Of a stretch of DNA of 64,000 nucleotides, positions 41,316 to 51,257 are shown piece after piece (the stretch's first letter is position 1; each line of letters opens with the position of its first letter). The translations under genes were made by a program, and so were the position numbers. Where the stretch lies: NCBI GenBank assembly GCA_963758885.1, contig CAVWXS010000018.1:2717-66716 (forward strand), in the 5' to 3' direction. The notes under the pieces are model-generated. The model was not told the DNA's origin, ran no database searches, and was given only the letters and a program-made list of their open reading frames with translations. The stretch comes from an uncultured Actinomycetota bacterium (GTDB taxonomy: Bacteria > Actinomycetota > Actinomycetes > Propionibacteriales > Nocardioidaceae).

Positions 41316-43268
41316 CGGCGTACGACGACCTCCTGGCCCAGCTGGCGCCGCTACGACGACGACGCCTGGGCCGCCGTGGCCAACCGCGGTCTCCTGCGGC
41401 GCGCCCGCAAGGACCTGGAGTCGCTGGCGGTCTCCCTCGAGTCGTCCGATCCCGTCGTCGTGCGGGTGGGCGAGCATGCCGTCGCCTTCGGCGCCTCGGG
41501 ACCATCGGGAGCGACCTGCTCGTGCCCGGCGGCCACGATCTGCCAGCACGTCGTCACGGCCGGACTGTGGCTCGTCTCGTCGTCGCCACCCGCCGTCGAG
41601 ACCGACCTCCACGGTGAGCTGATGGCCATCGACGCGGACGCGTTGACGTCGTACGCCGGTCGTGCGGGGCTGCGCTGGGCGGCCCAGTACGTCGCCGACC
41701 TCGACGACGACCAGCCCCGGATCAGCCGGGGGCAGGCGGTGCTGCTGTCGTTCACGACACCGCGCCTGACGTTCCGGTTCATGGGTGGCGGCCTCGCCGG
41801 ACTCATCCCCGACGCGAGGCTGCCCTCGCCCGAGAAGTACGCCGCCGCCGCGGTGCTCGCCTACCAGCGCGCCCACGGCGCGGAGGCGGTCCCGGTCGAG
41901 CGGGTGCAGCCGCGCGAGACCGCCACCACGCGTGCTCGTGCCGACGGTCGGGAGCGCTTCTTGCGGGCGGCCGACGCCTTGTTGCTCGACACGGTGCGGC
42001 TAGGGGCCTCGCACCTGTCACCAGCGGTGCACCAGCGCTACGAGACGATCGCCGTGTGGGCGCAGGGCGTCGAGCTGCACCGGTTGGCGCTGTTGCTCCG
42101 CCGGCTTGCCGACCAGGTGGAGCTGCTGCTCGACCGCAGTGCCCGCGCCGACGAGCACGCCCTGCTCGACGAGGCCGCGCTCGCCTACGCGCTCGTCTCG
42201 GCGCTGCGGGTCGCTGGCGACCCGGTGCCTGCCCGGCTGGCCGGACAGTCGCGCACGACGTACTCGACGGTGCGGTCGATGGAGCTCGTCGGCCTCGGAG
42301 GCGCCCCGTGGCAGGCGGCGTCGGGATACCGAGGGCTGACCTGCCTGTTCTGGTGGGTGGAGGAGCGGAGGTTCGTGTCCTGGACCGACGCGCGGCCGGA
42401 GTCGATGTGGAACTTCGACCCGCGCGCCCGCTGGACCCAGCCGGCACCGTGGACCGGGTTGCGTACGCCGGCACTCGCCGCCGGCCACGCCGTACGGCTC
42501 GCCGACGCGCAGGTCTCCGCGACCGGTCGGCTCTCGGGGGTGGAGCGGACCCAAGCCTCGGTCGGGCCTCTGGTCGAACCGCCGTGGCCGGACATGCCGG
42601 TGGTGTCCTCGTGGGCCGCGCTGGAGGACCGCGTCCGCCGCGGGCAGAGCCTGCTCGACCAACCCGACCCGCTGCGCGAGTGGGTGCTGCTCCGACCGGA
42701 GTCCTGGGATCCCGCGGTCTTCGACCCGATCCGGCAGACCGTCTGGTGGGTGCTCCGCGACGAGGCCGGCAGGCCGCTGCCGCTGAGCCTGCGGTGGACG
42801 CCGCTGGCCAGCCACGCCGTGCAACGGCTCGAGTCGCTCAGACCCGAGGACGTACCCCCGGAAGCCCTCGTGGTCGCCCGGGTCTTCTCCCGGTCCGGGT
42901 CGCTCGGCGGCGAGCCGCTCAGCGTCGTCCGTGGCCCACGGCAGGTCGACGTGCTCCACTTCGACAAGGGTGCCGCGACCGCACCGGCACGCTCCTTGGT
43001 CGCCGCGCCCGCGGAGGACGACGACACCCCACCCGTCCCGCTGCCCGCCCCGCTGGTGGACCTGAGGTCCTGGTTGTTGAGCCAGATGGAGCGTGGCACG
43101 GGCGCGGCGACTCGCGACACGTTGGCGGACTCACTGGCGCGGCGGCACCGCGCGGCCCGCGACGTCGGCCTGACGGTGTTCCCGGAGGTGGGTCCGGTGG
43201 CCGACCCCGCGGCGGCGATGCTTCGGTCGCACTACCTCGCGTTGCAGGTGGCCGGCCTGCTGGCGTGA
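41312..43268 (+). CDS. SWIM zinc-finger protein, YehQ-like (frameshift near 41350)
   Basis: ANRGLLRRARKDL, CSCPAATICQH (CxC...CxH), LGGAPWQAASGYRG. Confidence 0.87.
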
Positions 43269-43292
43269 GCGCCCCGCACTGGTCCCCCCCCC

Positions 43293-44246
43293 ATGGTGGC
43301 TGCCTGGGCGGCCGACGGCGCCGAGCACCGGGTCGTGCAGGCCGGGGACCGGCGGGTGCACCAGACCACGCCACCTCGCACACGAGGCGACGCCAGAGTC
43401 CGGGTCGGCCAGCTGGTCCTGCGACTGGGGGTCCTGGATCTCAGCCAGCGTCTGATGATCGGCGGTCTCCTCGGCCTCCTCGCCGTGCTGGTGATCGACT
43501 TCACCTGGCTGATGGTCAACGGGCACCACACCGTGACCGACGCCTTCCTCGAGGCGGCGCGCGTCGTGGCCACGGTCGGCCCGGGACCTACCGACGCGTC
43601 CGCGGCCTACGCGACGTTCTCCGCTGTCGCGATGCTCACCTGCGTCGGCTTCACGGCCCTGTTCACCGCGGGGCTCGTCGACCACCTCCTCGAGCCACGC
43701 CTGATCGGGCTGCTCGGGTCCCGGAGCGCTCCTCGGCGTGATCACGTCATCGTGGTGGGCATGGGCCAGGTCGGCATCCGACTGTGCACGGAGCTCCGTC
43801 GCCTCGGCGTACCCGTCGTGGGTGTCGAGCGCGACCTCGCGGCTCCCCAGCTCCACGTCGCGCGCGCTCTCCGGATCCCGGTCGTGGCCGGGCACGGCGG
43901 TGACCGCGAGGTGCTCGAGAGGGTCGGACTGCGCCGGGCTCTGGCCCTCGCCGCCGTCGGTTCGGACGAGAACGACAACATCGCCGTGACGATCGCGGCC
44001 AACGCGATCGCTCCGGGGACCCGCATCGTGCTGCGGGCAGGAGAGCAGGATGCGATCGCCGAGACGCGGTCGCTGCTTCCTCTGGGCGTGACGCGGGACG
44101 TGTGGAGCATCGCGGCGGCCCACATCGTCGACGTCCTGCGCGACGGGGATGCGGATCCTGTCGCGCGCCTGCTCGGCGCGCCGGCCGCCGACGCGGTGAG
44201 CTCAGCAGACCAACGTCGGTCGTGCCGCCACTTCGTCGTGGCGTGA
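43293..44246 (+). CDS. Membrane protein with TrkA-N/RCK NAD-binding domain (K+ channel-like; probably N-terminally truncated)
   Basis: Two TM helices around pore-like VATVG; HVIVVGMGQVG; AVGSDENDNI. Confidence 0.75.
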   Translation: MVAAWAADGAEHRVVQAGDRRVHQTTPPRTRGDARVRVGQLVLRLGVLDLSQRLMIGGLLGLLAVLVIDFTWLMVNGHHTVTDAFLEAARVVATVGPGPTDASAAYATFSAVAMLTCVGFTALFTAGLVDHLLEPRLIGLLGSRSAPRRDHVIVVGMGQVGIRLCTELRRLGVPVVGVERDLAAPQLHVARALRIPVVAGHGGDREVLERVGLRRALALAAVGSDENDNIAVTIAANAIAPGTRIVLRAGEQDAIAETRSLLPLGVTRDVWSIAAAHIVDVLRDGDADPVARLLGAPAADAVSSADQRRSCRHFVVA

Positions 44247-44447
44247 CCTCGGGCATCACCGGGTCACATCACGCAGATCGCGATTGACCGCGACCGTTCC
44301 TCCCGGCAGCGTCGAGGACCCTCCTTGCGGGTAGCTCCCGCACGGTCCTAGCCTGACTCGCGGGGTAGCAGAGCTGCCCGCGGCTCGGCGCGGCACCGAT
44401 GCACGCCGGGCGATCACGGCGCAACGCATCGACGAGGAGCACACCTC

Positions 44448-46333
44448 ATGTTCGAGCTCACCCGCATCCGTTCACGGCGTCGGAGCGTCGCCCTCGTCGC
44501 CGCCGCTGTGGCCGTCGCGGCCTTCGCGGGAGCCGGTCCCGTGAACGCCGGGGCGGCCCGCGCCCGTCGTGCAGGCGGTCGCCGGCACACCCGACTTCGG
44601 CCCCAACGTCACGATCATCGACCCGTCGATGTCGACGGCCGACATCCAGGCGATCCTCGACGCCCTCGCTGCGGCGCAGGTGAACGACGAGATGGGGACG
44701 AACCGGCACAGCGTGCTGTTCCTGCCCGGCGACTACGGCAGCGCCGACGACCCGCTGCAGGCCCGCGTCGGCTACTACACCGAGATCGCCGGCCTCGGCG
44801 CCCAGCCGACGGACGTCTCGGTCAACGGCAAGCTCGAGGTGTACAACCGCTGTCTCGGTGACGGTGGCACGTCCAACTGCCTGGCGCTCAAGAACTTCTG
44901 GCGCACCATCTCGAACCTCTCGCTGCAGATCAACGCGCTTGGGGCAGGACGGCTGCCGCGCCTCGGCGAACTTCTGGGCCGTCTCGCAGGCGGTGTCGAT
45001 GCGCCGCCTCGACGTCTCGGGCGCGACCCTCTCGCTGATGGACTACTGCACCGCCGGCCCGCAGTACGCGAGCGGCGGCTTCATCGCCGACTCCCGGCTG
45101 CCGACCGTGCTCAACGGCTCGCAGCAGCAGTGGCTCATCCGCAACAGCGAGATCGACGGCTGGACGAACGGCGTCTGGAACCAGGTGTTCTCCGGCGTCG
45201 AGGGCGCACCGGACGACGCGGCGTTCCCGAACCCGCCGTACACGACCCTCGACGAGACGCCGGTCAGCCGGGAGAAGCCCTACCTCTACGTCGACGACGC
45301 GGGCGACTGGTTCGTGCGCGTGCCCGCAGCCACCACCGACACTCGCGGGATCACCTGGGCCGACGGGATGACGCCCGGCCGCAGCATCCCGATCGGCGAA
45401 TTCGTCATCGCCAAGCCCGGCGACTCGATCGGGATGATCAACTCGCAGCTGGCCAAGGGCAAGCACCTCCTGCTGACGCCCGGCGTGTACGACGTGGCGA
45501 GCAGCATCCAGGTGAAGCGTGCCGACACCGTCGTGCTCGGCATGGGACATGCCACGCTCACGGCCGTCGACGGCGCGGTGCCGCTGAAGGTTGCCGACGC
45601 CTCCGGCATCGTCGTCGCCGGCGTCACGATCGACGCGGGCCTCGTGCAGTCGCCGATGCTGCTCGAGGTGGGCAAGCCCGGCAAGGGCAAGTCGAAGAAG
45701 CTCGACCCGGCGAACCCGATCACGCTGTCCGACGTGTACTTCCGAGTCGGTGGCCCGCATGTCGGCAAGGTCGACACCGCACTCGTCGTGAACAGCGACC
45801 ATGCGCTCATCGACCACACCTGGGTGTGGCGGGCCGACCACGGGGTCGAGGGCTTCACCGACACCCAGCGCTGGAACACCAACACCGGCCGCGTCGGTGT
45901 CGTGGTCAACGGCGACGACGTGACGGCCACCGGCCTGTTCGTCGAGCACTTCCAGACCTACAACACCGTCTGGAACGGCGAGCGTGGCACGACCGTGCTC
46001 TACCAGAACGAGCTGCCGTACGACCCGCCGACGCAAGCCGACTGGACGCAGCCGGACGGCACCCTCGGGTATCCCGGCTACCAGGTCGCCGACGGCGTCG
46101 CCGAGCACAGCCTCTACGGCGGCGGGGTCTACGTCTTCAACCAGAACAACCCCTCGATCCTCACCGAGAACGGGTTCGAGGTACCCGAAGGCGAGGGCAT
46201 CTCCCTGCACCACATCATGACGGTGAACCTCAGCGCCGGCACGATCCTGCACGTGGTCAACGGCATCGGCGACGCGGCCGACACGACGAAGATCGGAGTA
46301 CCCATCTACATCACGCAGTACCCGGCGCCGTAA
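44448..46333 (+). CDS. Secreted GH55-like beta-1,3-glucanase (frameshifts at about 44560 and 44940)
   Basis: Signal peptide; PDFGPNV, VGYYTEIAGLG, NFWRTISN, WAVSQA, SGGFIADS, SQQQW, WVWRADHG, VEHFQ, YQNELPYD, which I recall from bacterial GH55 (SacteLam55A type). Confidence 0.8.
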
Positions 46334-46364
46334 ACCGCTTCGGAGCGACGTCCCGCGCAAGCCT

Positions 46365-46401
46365 TGGACACTTTCCGGCACCTGGTGCCGGAAAGTGTCC
46401 A
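46365..46401. repeat. 37-bp palindrome TGGACACTTTCCGGCACC-T-GGTGCCGGAAAGTGTCCA, copy 1
   Basis: Two 18-bp arms that are exact reverse complements around one central T. Confidence 0.95.
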
Positions 46402-46406
46402 GTCCT

Positions 46407-47351
46407 TCACCCGATCGTGCAGTGGGGGCCGCAGGGCCGGACGTCTCCGCACCAGCCGCGCGCGGCGAGGATCCGGCCGATCGTGACGGCTGCCCGGCAC
46501 GGCTGGAGCACCTGTCGCCAGCCGAGCCGCAGCGTCAGCTTCCCCGCGGCTGCGCTGCCCAGGTCTCGATCGAGGTCGTCCCATCGGTCCTCAGCCGCTT
46601 CATGACCCAGGCGACCGTCGAGCTCGACGTCGGTGGCCTGGGCCGCGTACTCGACGTCGCGCCGGACGCGGGCGCCGTCGACCAGATCGGGTAGCTGCCG
46701 CGCAGCTCGCGGCAGTCCGTGCGCGCGTTCGACATCGCGCAGGTAGCGGCGTTCGAGAGGCGAGAGCGCGCCCGCTCTGACATCGTCGAGGATCTCCGCG
46801 AGCAGGCCGCGTCTCGGGAGGCCAGGCGTCAGTTCGAGCTCGCCCGCCAGGCGCGCCGGCGTGGTGGCGCCGCACTGGCAGCCATCGGCGAGCACCGAGA
46901 CCGCCCGGTCCTCGGTGCGTGCCTGAGAAGCGACGCGGAGGAGTGCGGCTTCCACGCGAAGCCGCGGTGGGCCGAGATGACCCTGGGCGACCCGGTGGTA
47001 GTCGGTCAGACGGCGAACCACGACGCCAGGGATGGGCCGCACCCGACGCGTCGGCTCGATGGCCACCTCGACCGACGGTGCCTCGTCATGGCCGCGCACA
47101 CCGTGAGCCCGGAGCGCGGCAGCCCCGGACAGTGCGGCCGGTGCCGCGTAGAGCACCGCAGCCCAAGCGCGTTGACGCCAGGACGGTGAACCGGTGTGGG
47201 CGACGTACACACCGGTGAGCATGGGCGCCCACTCCCGTCGCCGCAGTCGCCGCTCGATGACGACGTCATCTCCACCGTGCTCGAGTACCTGCCGCCGAGA
47301 GACAACGCCGTCTTGCCGCCGCAACAGTCGCGCCAACCCGGACTCGTCCAC
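46407..47351 (-). CDS. AbiEi-antitoxin-like N-terminal domain plus DUF559/Vsr-like endonuclease-fold protein
   Basis: LLRRQDGVVSRRQ..GVY (AbiEi-type HTH), ALSGAAALRAHG, SPLERRY, RDVEY..VELDGRLGH..DLDRD..TLRLGW. Confidence 0.8.
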   Translation of the reverse strand: MDESGLARLLRRQDGVVSRRQVLEHGGDDVVIERRLRRREWAPMLTGVYVAHTGSPSWRQRAWAAVLYAAPAALSGAAALRAHGVRGHDEAPSVEVAIEPTRRVRPIPGVVVRRLTDYHRVAQGHLGPPRLRVEAALLRVASQARTEDRAVSVLADGCQCGATTPARLAGELELTPGLPRRGLLAEILDDVRAGALSPLERRYLRDVERAHGLPRAARQLPDLVDGARVRRDVEYAAQATDVELDGRLGHEAAEDRWDDLDRDLGSAAAGKLTLRLGWRQVLQPCRAAVTIGRILAARGWCGDVRPCGPHCTIG

Positions 47352-47426
47352 CCCGCCACGATGAGCGACCGACGGGTGCCGCCGCCAGCGGCATCGCCGT
47401 GGCTGTGGATACCAGCCTCGAGGAGT

Positions 47427-47461
47427 GGACACTTTCCGGCACCTGGTGCCGGAAAGTGTCC
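47427..47461. repeat. 35-bp palindrome, copy 2 (identical to the core of 46365-46401)
   Basis: GGACACTTTCCGGCACCTGGTGCCGGAAAGTGTCC read directly. Confidence 0.95.
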
Positions 47462-47503
47462 GAGTCAGTGCAGAAGACATCGAACGTGTAGGTAGCGGAC
47501 ATG

Positions 47504-48136
47504 TCACTCTCCTCGCCGTACGTCGTAGCGGAGGTGCAGGGTCCCAGGTGCTTCGAGCGACCGGACCAGGTCCAGCTCGACGTGGTCGGAAGGAAGGTTG
47601 TCGAACAGGCGGCGGCCCTGGCCGAGGAGCACCGGCCGGAGCTGGATCTCGATGGAGTCGAGCACGCCGGCCTTCAGAGCCTCCTGCGCGGTGTAGGCAC
47701 CGTGCAGCATCACGTCGCGGTCGCCGGCTGCGGCCTTGGCCTGCCGGACGCACTCCGCGATCCCCTCGGTGACGTAGTGGACCCGCTCGAACGGGTTCTC
47801 GGGCGGCGGCTCATGGGTGGGCACGAAGATCGGCACCCCGTCGTGGTGGTCGCCACCCCAGTAGCCGGCGAAGTCGCCCGTCCTCTTCCCGGTGATCACC
47901 GCGCCGGTCGACATCGCCTCGTCGAACACCACCTGGTTGACGGGGTCGCTCGGTCGCCACTGCTCACCACCGCCCCCGTCCTCCGGGGCGTCGGCATCCG
48001 AGGGCTCGGGGCTGCCGGTGCTCAGCCAGTCCATGAGCCGCATGCCGTTGATCCCGGCCGGGTTCTCGGCGTCGTCGTCGGGGCCGGTGATGAAGCCGTC
48101 CAGCGACATCGCCATGGTGAGGAACACGCGAGGCAT
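47504..48136 (-). CDS. Dihydrofolate reductase / RibD C-terminal domain family protein
   Basis: MAMSLDGFITGP, GAVITGKRT, PVLLGQGRRLF. Confidence 0.9.
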   Translation of the reverse strand: MPRVFLTMAMSLDGFITGPDDDAENPAGINGMRLMDWLSTGSPEPSDADAPEDGGGGEQWRPSDPVNQVVFDEAMSTGAVITGKRTGDFAGYWGGDHHDGVPIFVPTHEPPPENPFERVHYVTEGIAECVRQAKAAAGDRDVMLHGAYTAQEALKAGVLDSIEIQLRPVLLGQGRRLFDNLPSDHVELDLVRSLEAPGTLHLRYDVRRGE

Positions 48137-48369
48137 CAGGTGTCCTTTCTCGTGGGGTCTTGTCCGGTGCTGTCCGTGCCGACCGCCGGCGCGGACGAAA
48201 GTCATCGGCGGGCGTCGACATGCGAAGGTGACATCGTGAACGCTCGACGAGCTGGAAGGCACCGCGCGATGAGCGACCTACTGGCTCCGGCCGACGTGGC
48301 GGCCGAGGTCTTCGACAAGGACCGGCGACGGTACGAGGCCCACCGCGACGTCGTCGAGATGCTGGTGCG

Positions 48370-49329
48370 ATGAGTCGCAGGGTCGACGTGCTGGTGGTCG
48401 GTTCGGTCAACCGTGACTACGTCTGCCGCGTCGAGGCCCTGCCCGCACCGGGCCAGACCGTCCTCGGCGGCGAGGCCTCAGTGGGCTCAGGCGGCAAGGG
48501 CGGCAACCAGGCGGTCGCCGCGAGCCTGCTCGGAGCGCGCACCGCCCTGGTCGCCCGGGTGGGTGACGACTCAGACGGCCGTGCGCTCGCCACCGACCTC
48601 GCCGAGGCTGGGGTGGACATCGGCGACGTGACGGCCACGGGCGCGCGGACGGGGATGGCGTTCGTCCTGGTCGACGCGGGCGGCGAGAACTCGATCGTCG
48701 TGGCGCCGGGGGCCAACGAGCTGCTCGACCCGGCTTCCGTCGTTCACGCGGTGCGCGAGCGTCTCTCGGCCTCCGGGGTACTGGTCACGCAGGCCGAGAT
48801 CCCGGTCCCGGCCTTCGACGCCGCGGTCCTGACGGCGGCGGACGTGGGCTGTCGTGCGGTCGTGAACCTGGCGCCGTACCGCCCGGTGGACGACGCGGTG
48901 CTCGCCCTGTGCGATCCCTTGGTCGTCAACGAGTCGGAGGCCAGCGGCCTGCTCGGGCGCGAGGTACGACGGGCTGCTGGGGCCCGCGATGCGGCGGCCG
49001 ACCTGCTCAGCCTCTGCCGCTCCGTCGTCGTCACGGTCGGCGGGGAGGGGGCCGTGGTGGCATCTTCCGGCGGCGTGGAGATCGTCGAGGCCGAGCAGGT
49101 GGACGTGGTGGACTCGACGGGTGCCGGCGACGCGTTCACCGGGGCGGTGGCCGCGGCGCTCAGCGCGGGCCACGACCTGCTGGCGGCGGTGCGGATCGCC
49201 GTACGCGCAGGGACCTACGCCGTGACGCGGCCGGGCGCCCAGGCCTCGTTCGCCTCCGCGGGCGAGCTCGGCATCGGGCCACTGCGCGGTGGCGGCGATG
49301 ACAGCTCAGCCGCGACGGGCGGTCGCTAG
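48370..49329 (+). CDS. rbsK: Ribokinase (PfkB family)
   Basis: [47 protein letters not shown]. Confidence 0.88.
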   Translation: MSRRVDVLVVGSVNRDYVCRVEALPAPGQTVLGGEASVGSGGKGGNQAVAASLLGARTALVARVGDDSDGRALATDLAEAGVDIGDVTATGARTGMAFVLVDAGGENSIVVAPGANELLDPASVVHAVRERLSASGVLVTQAEIPVPAFDAAVLTAADVGCRAVVNLAPYRPVDDAVLALCDPLVVNESEASGLLGREVRRAAGARDAAADLLSLCRSVVVTVGGEGAVVASSGGVEIVEAEQVDVVDSTGAGDAFTGAVAAALSAGHDLLAAVRIAVRAGTYAVTRPGAQASFASAGELGIGPLRGGGDDSSAATGGR

Positions 49330-49372
49330 GTCGCATGGGCGTGCCGGACGTCGCGGATTGACCTAGGCACAG

Positions 49373-50017
49373 TCAGGGCATCCGGCGGATGCCGGCGTCC
49401 CTGGCCTTGACAACGGCTGGCCTAGATCGAGTCCGCGGCTGCCGTCGCGGACTCGACTCAGGCGCAGATCGAGGCGCAGCGGACACGGGGGTTCCAGCGC
49501 CGACGGCTACCCAGGAGGCGTAGCTCGCGAGCAGGAAGACGTCGTGGAACAGGTTGTCGCCGACGGCCATCGCCAGGAAGCCGAGCACGGCAACCGCCTG
49601 CAACCCCCATCCGGCGCGCACGAGCCCGGCACGTCGCAGGCTCGTCCCCCAGAGCAGACCGCCAACCGTCATCAGGAGGAACCCCAGCAAGAACAGCGCG
49701 AACGGGATCTCGGGGTCGCCGTTCGCGCCGATCGCGGCAGCGGCGTACTGCGCCGCGAAGAGCATCTGCGAGACGCAGCCCGCGAGCACCATGCGGGCGC
49801 CGACGCGACCTGGCCGCGCACTCGGCTGGCAGGCCGCGAGGAGCCGCAGACAGACGGTGGCCAGGAGCAGCCAGGCAGCGAGCTGGGCAGCGGCGAACAC
49901 CAGGAGCCCCGTCAGGTGGTCACCCACCGCGGCGACCACCAGCTCTGCGGCGACCGGGACGATGAGCAGTGCGGCAGCGAGGTAGCTGCGGGCGGCTGGC
50001 GTGAGCGACTTCTTCAT
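49373..50017 (-). CDS. Hypothetical integral membrane protein
   Basis: About 6 hydrophobic segments, GAGGAGG RBS, divergent from the two-component system. Confidence 0.7.
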   Translation of the reverse strand: MKKSLTPAARSYLAAALLIVPVAAELVVAAVGDHLTGLLVFAAAQLAAWLLLATVCLRLLAACQPSARPGRVGARMVLAGCVSQMLFAAQYAAAAIGANGDPEIPFALFLLGFLLMTVGGLLWGTSLRRAGLVRAGWGLQAVAVLGFLAMAVGDNLFHDVFLLASYASWVAVGAGTPVSAAPRSAPESSPRRQPRTRSRPAVVKARDAGIRRMP

Positions 50018-50150
50018 GGTGGTTTCCCTCCTCGATGTGGTTCCTCGACGCTAGGGAGTGCACGAACCGGTGTCGTCTGCCCTGCGGAGGGTTCGCGGTA
50101 TCTGCCTCAAGACAGACGCCGAGAGCGCGCGTCGGCTCTACATTCGGCAC

Positions 50151-51257
50151 ATGACCTGGCCCCGAGCAGCCCGGGCGGGCTTCGTGTCGCTCGTCGTGCT
50201 GTTGTGCCTGTCCGCTCAGGTCCAGGTCTGGACGGCCGACGACTCGAACCGCCTGCTGCACGCTGTCGCCGCCGCGGCGTACACGCTGCCCTTGCTGTGG
50301 GCACGCCGCTGGCCCCTCGGCGTGGCGCTGGTCGTCACCGCCGTCGCCTTCGTCGACCACTGGCTCGGCGGTCACGGCGGGCAGGCGTGGTTCTCCTTGT
50401 TGGCTGCGGTCTACGCGCTCGGGAGGTACGCCGACCCGCGGGGGGCCGCGGTGGGCGCGGCGGCTGTGGCGGCTGGGGTCTTGTCGGTCGACCTGCCCAG
50501 GCTTCAGGAGGGTTCGCCGATCGACGAGGTGCTGCCCGGCTGGCTCATCCTGGCCGCGGTGGGCGGTCTCGGACGGTGGATCAGCTCGTGGCACGTGGAG
50601 GCCGAACGGGACCGCGACCGCGCCGCACGCGCCGCCGTGGCCCACGAGCGCGCCCGGATCGCCCGGGAGCTGCACGACCTCGTCGCACACAGCATGGCCG
50701 TGACCGTCCTTCATGCCCAGGCTGCCCAGCGGGTCCTCAAGACGGACCCTGCCCAGGCGGCTTCCTCGCTGGCTTCGATCGAAGGTCTCACCCGGCAGGG
50801 ACTCTCGGAGCTTCGCCGCCTCCTCGAGATCCTCGACGACCGTACGGAGGCCTCGCCCCTCGACCCGCCTCCCACCCTCGCCCGCGTCGACGACCTGGTC
50901 GCCCAGGTCCGAGCCGCGGGGCTGCCCGTGACACTGACGGTCGAAGGCAGCTGCGAGAGCCTGCCCGCGGGCCTCGACCTCTCGGCGTACCGCATCGTCC
51001 AGGAGAGCCTGACCAACGCGCTCAAGCACGCGGGGCCAGGAGCCAGCGTCGACCTCAACCTGACCTACCGCGCCGACGCCCTCGAGATCCTCATCGCCAA
51101 TGACTGCACCGATGAGGTCGCCGGGCCGGGCACCGGCCGCGGGCTGATCGGCATCCGCGAGCGGGTCGGCTTGTACGGCGGCCACCTCGAGGCCGGGCAC
51201 CGTCGCGGGGCGTTCGTCGTGAGGGTGACCCTGCCCCTGGGTCAGGCGGTGTCATGA
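50151..51257 (+). CDS. Sensor histidine kinase (HisKA_3/NarX type)
   Basis: ERARIARELHDLVAH, YRIVQESLTNALKHA, GRGLIGIRER. Confidence 0.93.
   Translation: MTWPRAARAGFVSLVVLLCLSAQVQVWTADDSNRLLHAVAAAAYTLPLLWARRWPLGVALVVTAVAFVDHWLGGHGGQAWFSLLAAVYALGRYADPRGAAVGAAAVAAGVLSVDLPRLQEGSPIDEVLPGWLILAAVGGLGRWISSWHVEAERDRDRAARAAVAHERARIARELHDLVAHSMAVTVLHAQAAQRVLKTDPAQAASSLASIEGLTRQGLSELRRLLEILDDRTEASPLDPPPTLARVDDLVAQVRAAGLPVTLTVEGSCESLPAGLDLSAYRIVQESLTNALKHAGPGASVDLNLTYRADALEILIANDCTDEVAGPGTGRGLIGIRERVGLYGGHLEAGHRRGAFVVRVTLPLGQAVS

Noticed and set aside
38040-41876. 1278-aa minus-strand ORF and other long antisense ORFs (e.g. 26767-29007 +, 20811-22688 -, 4052-5977 -)
   Set aside because: Shadow ORFs expected opposite real genes in high-GC DNA; no motifs and Arg/Gly/Pro-rich composition.
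44448-46333. Adenylyl cyclase (a label I recall being applied to this family) as a cAMP source for the cNMP-patatin
   Set aside because: The motifs are those of a secreted GH55-type beta-helix glucanase; no cyclase motifs seen.
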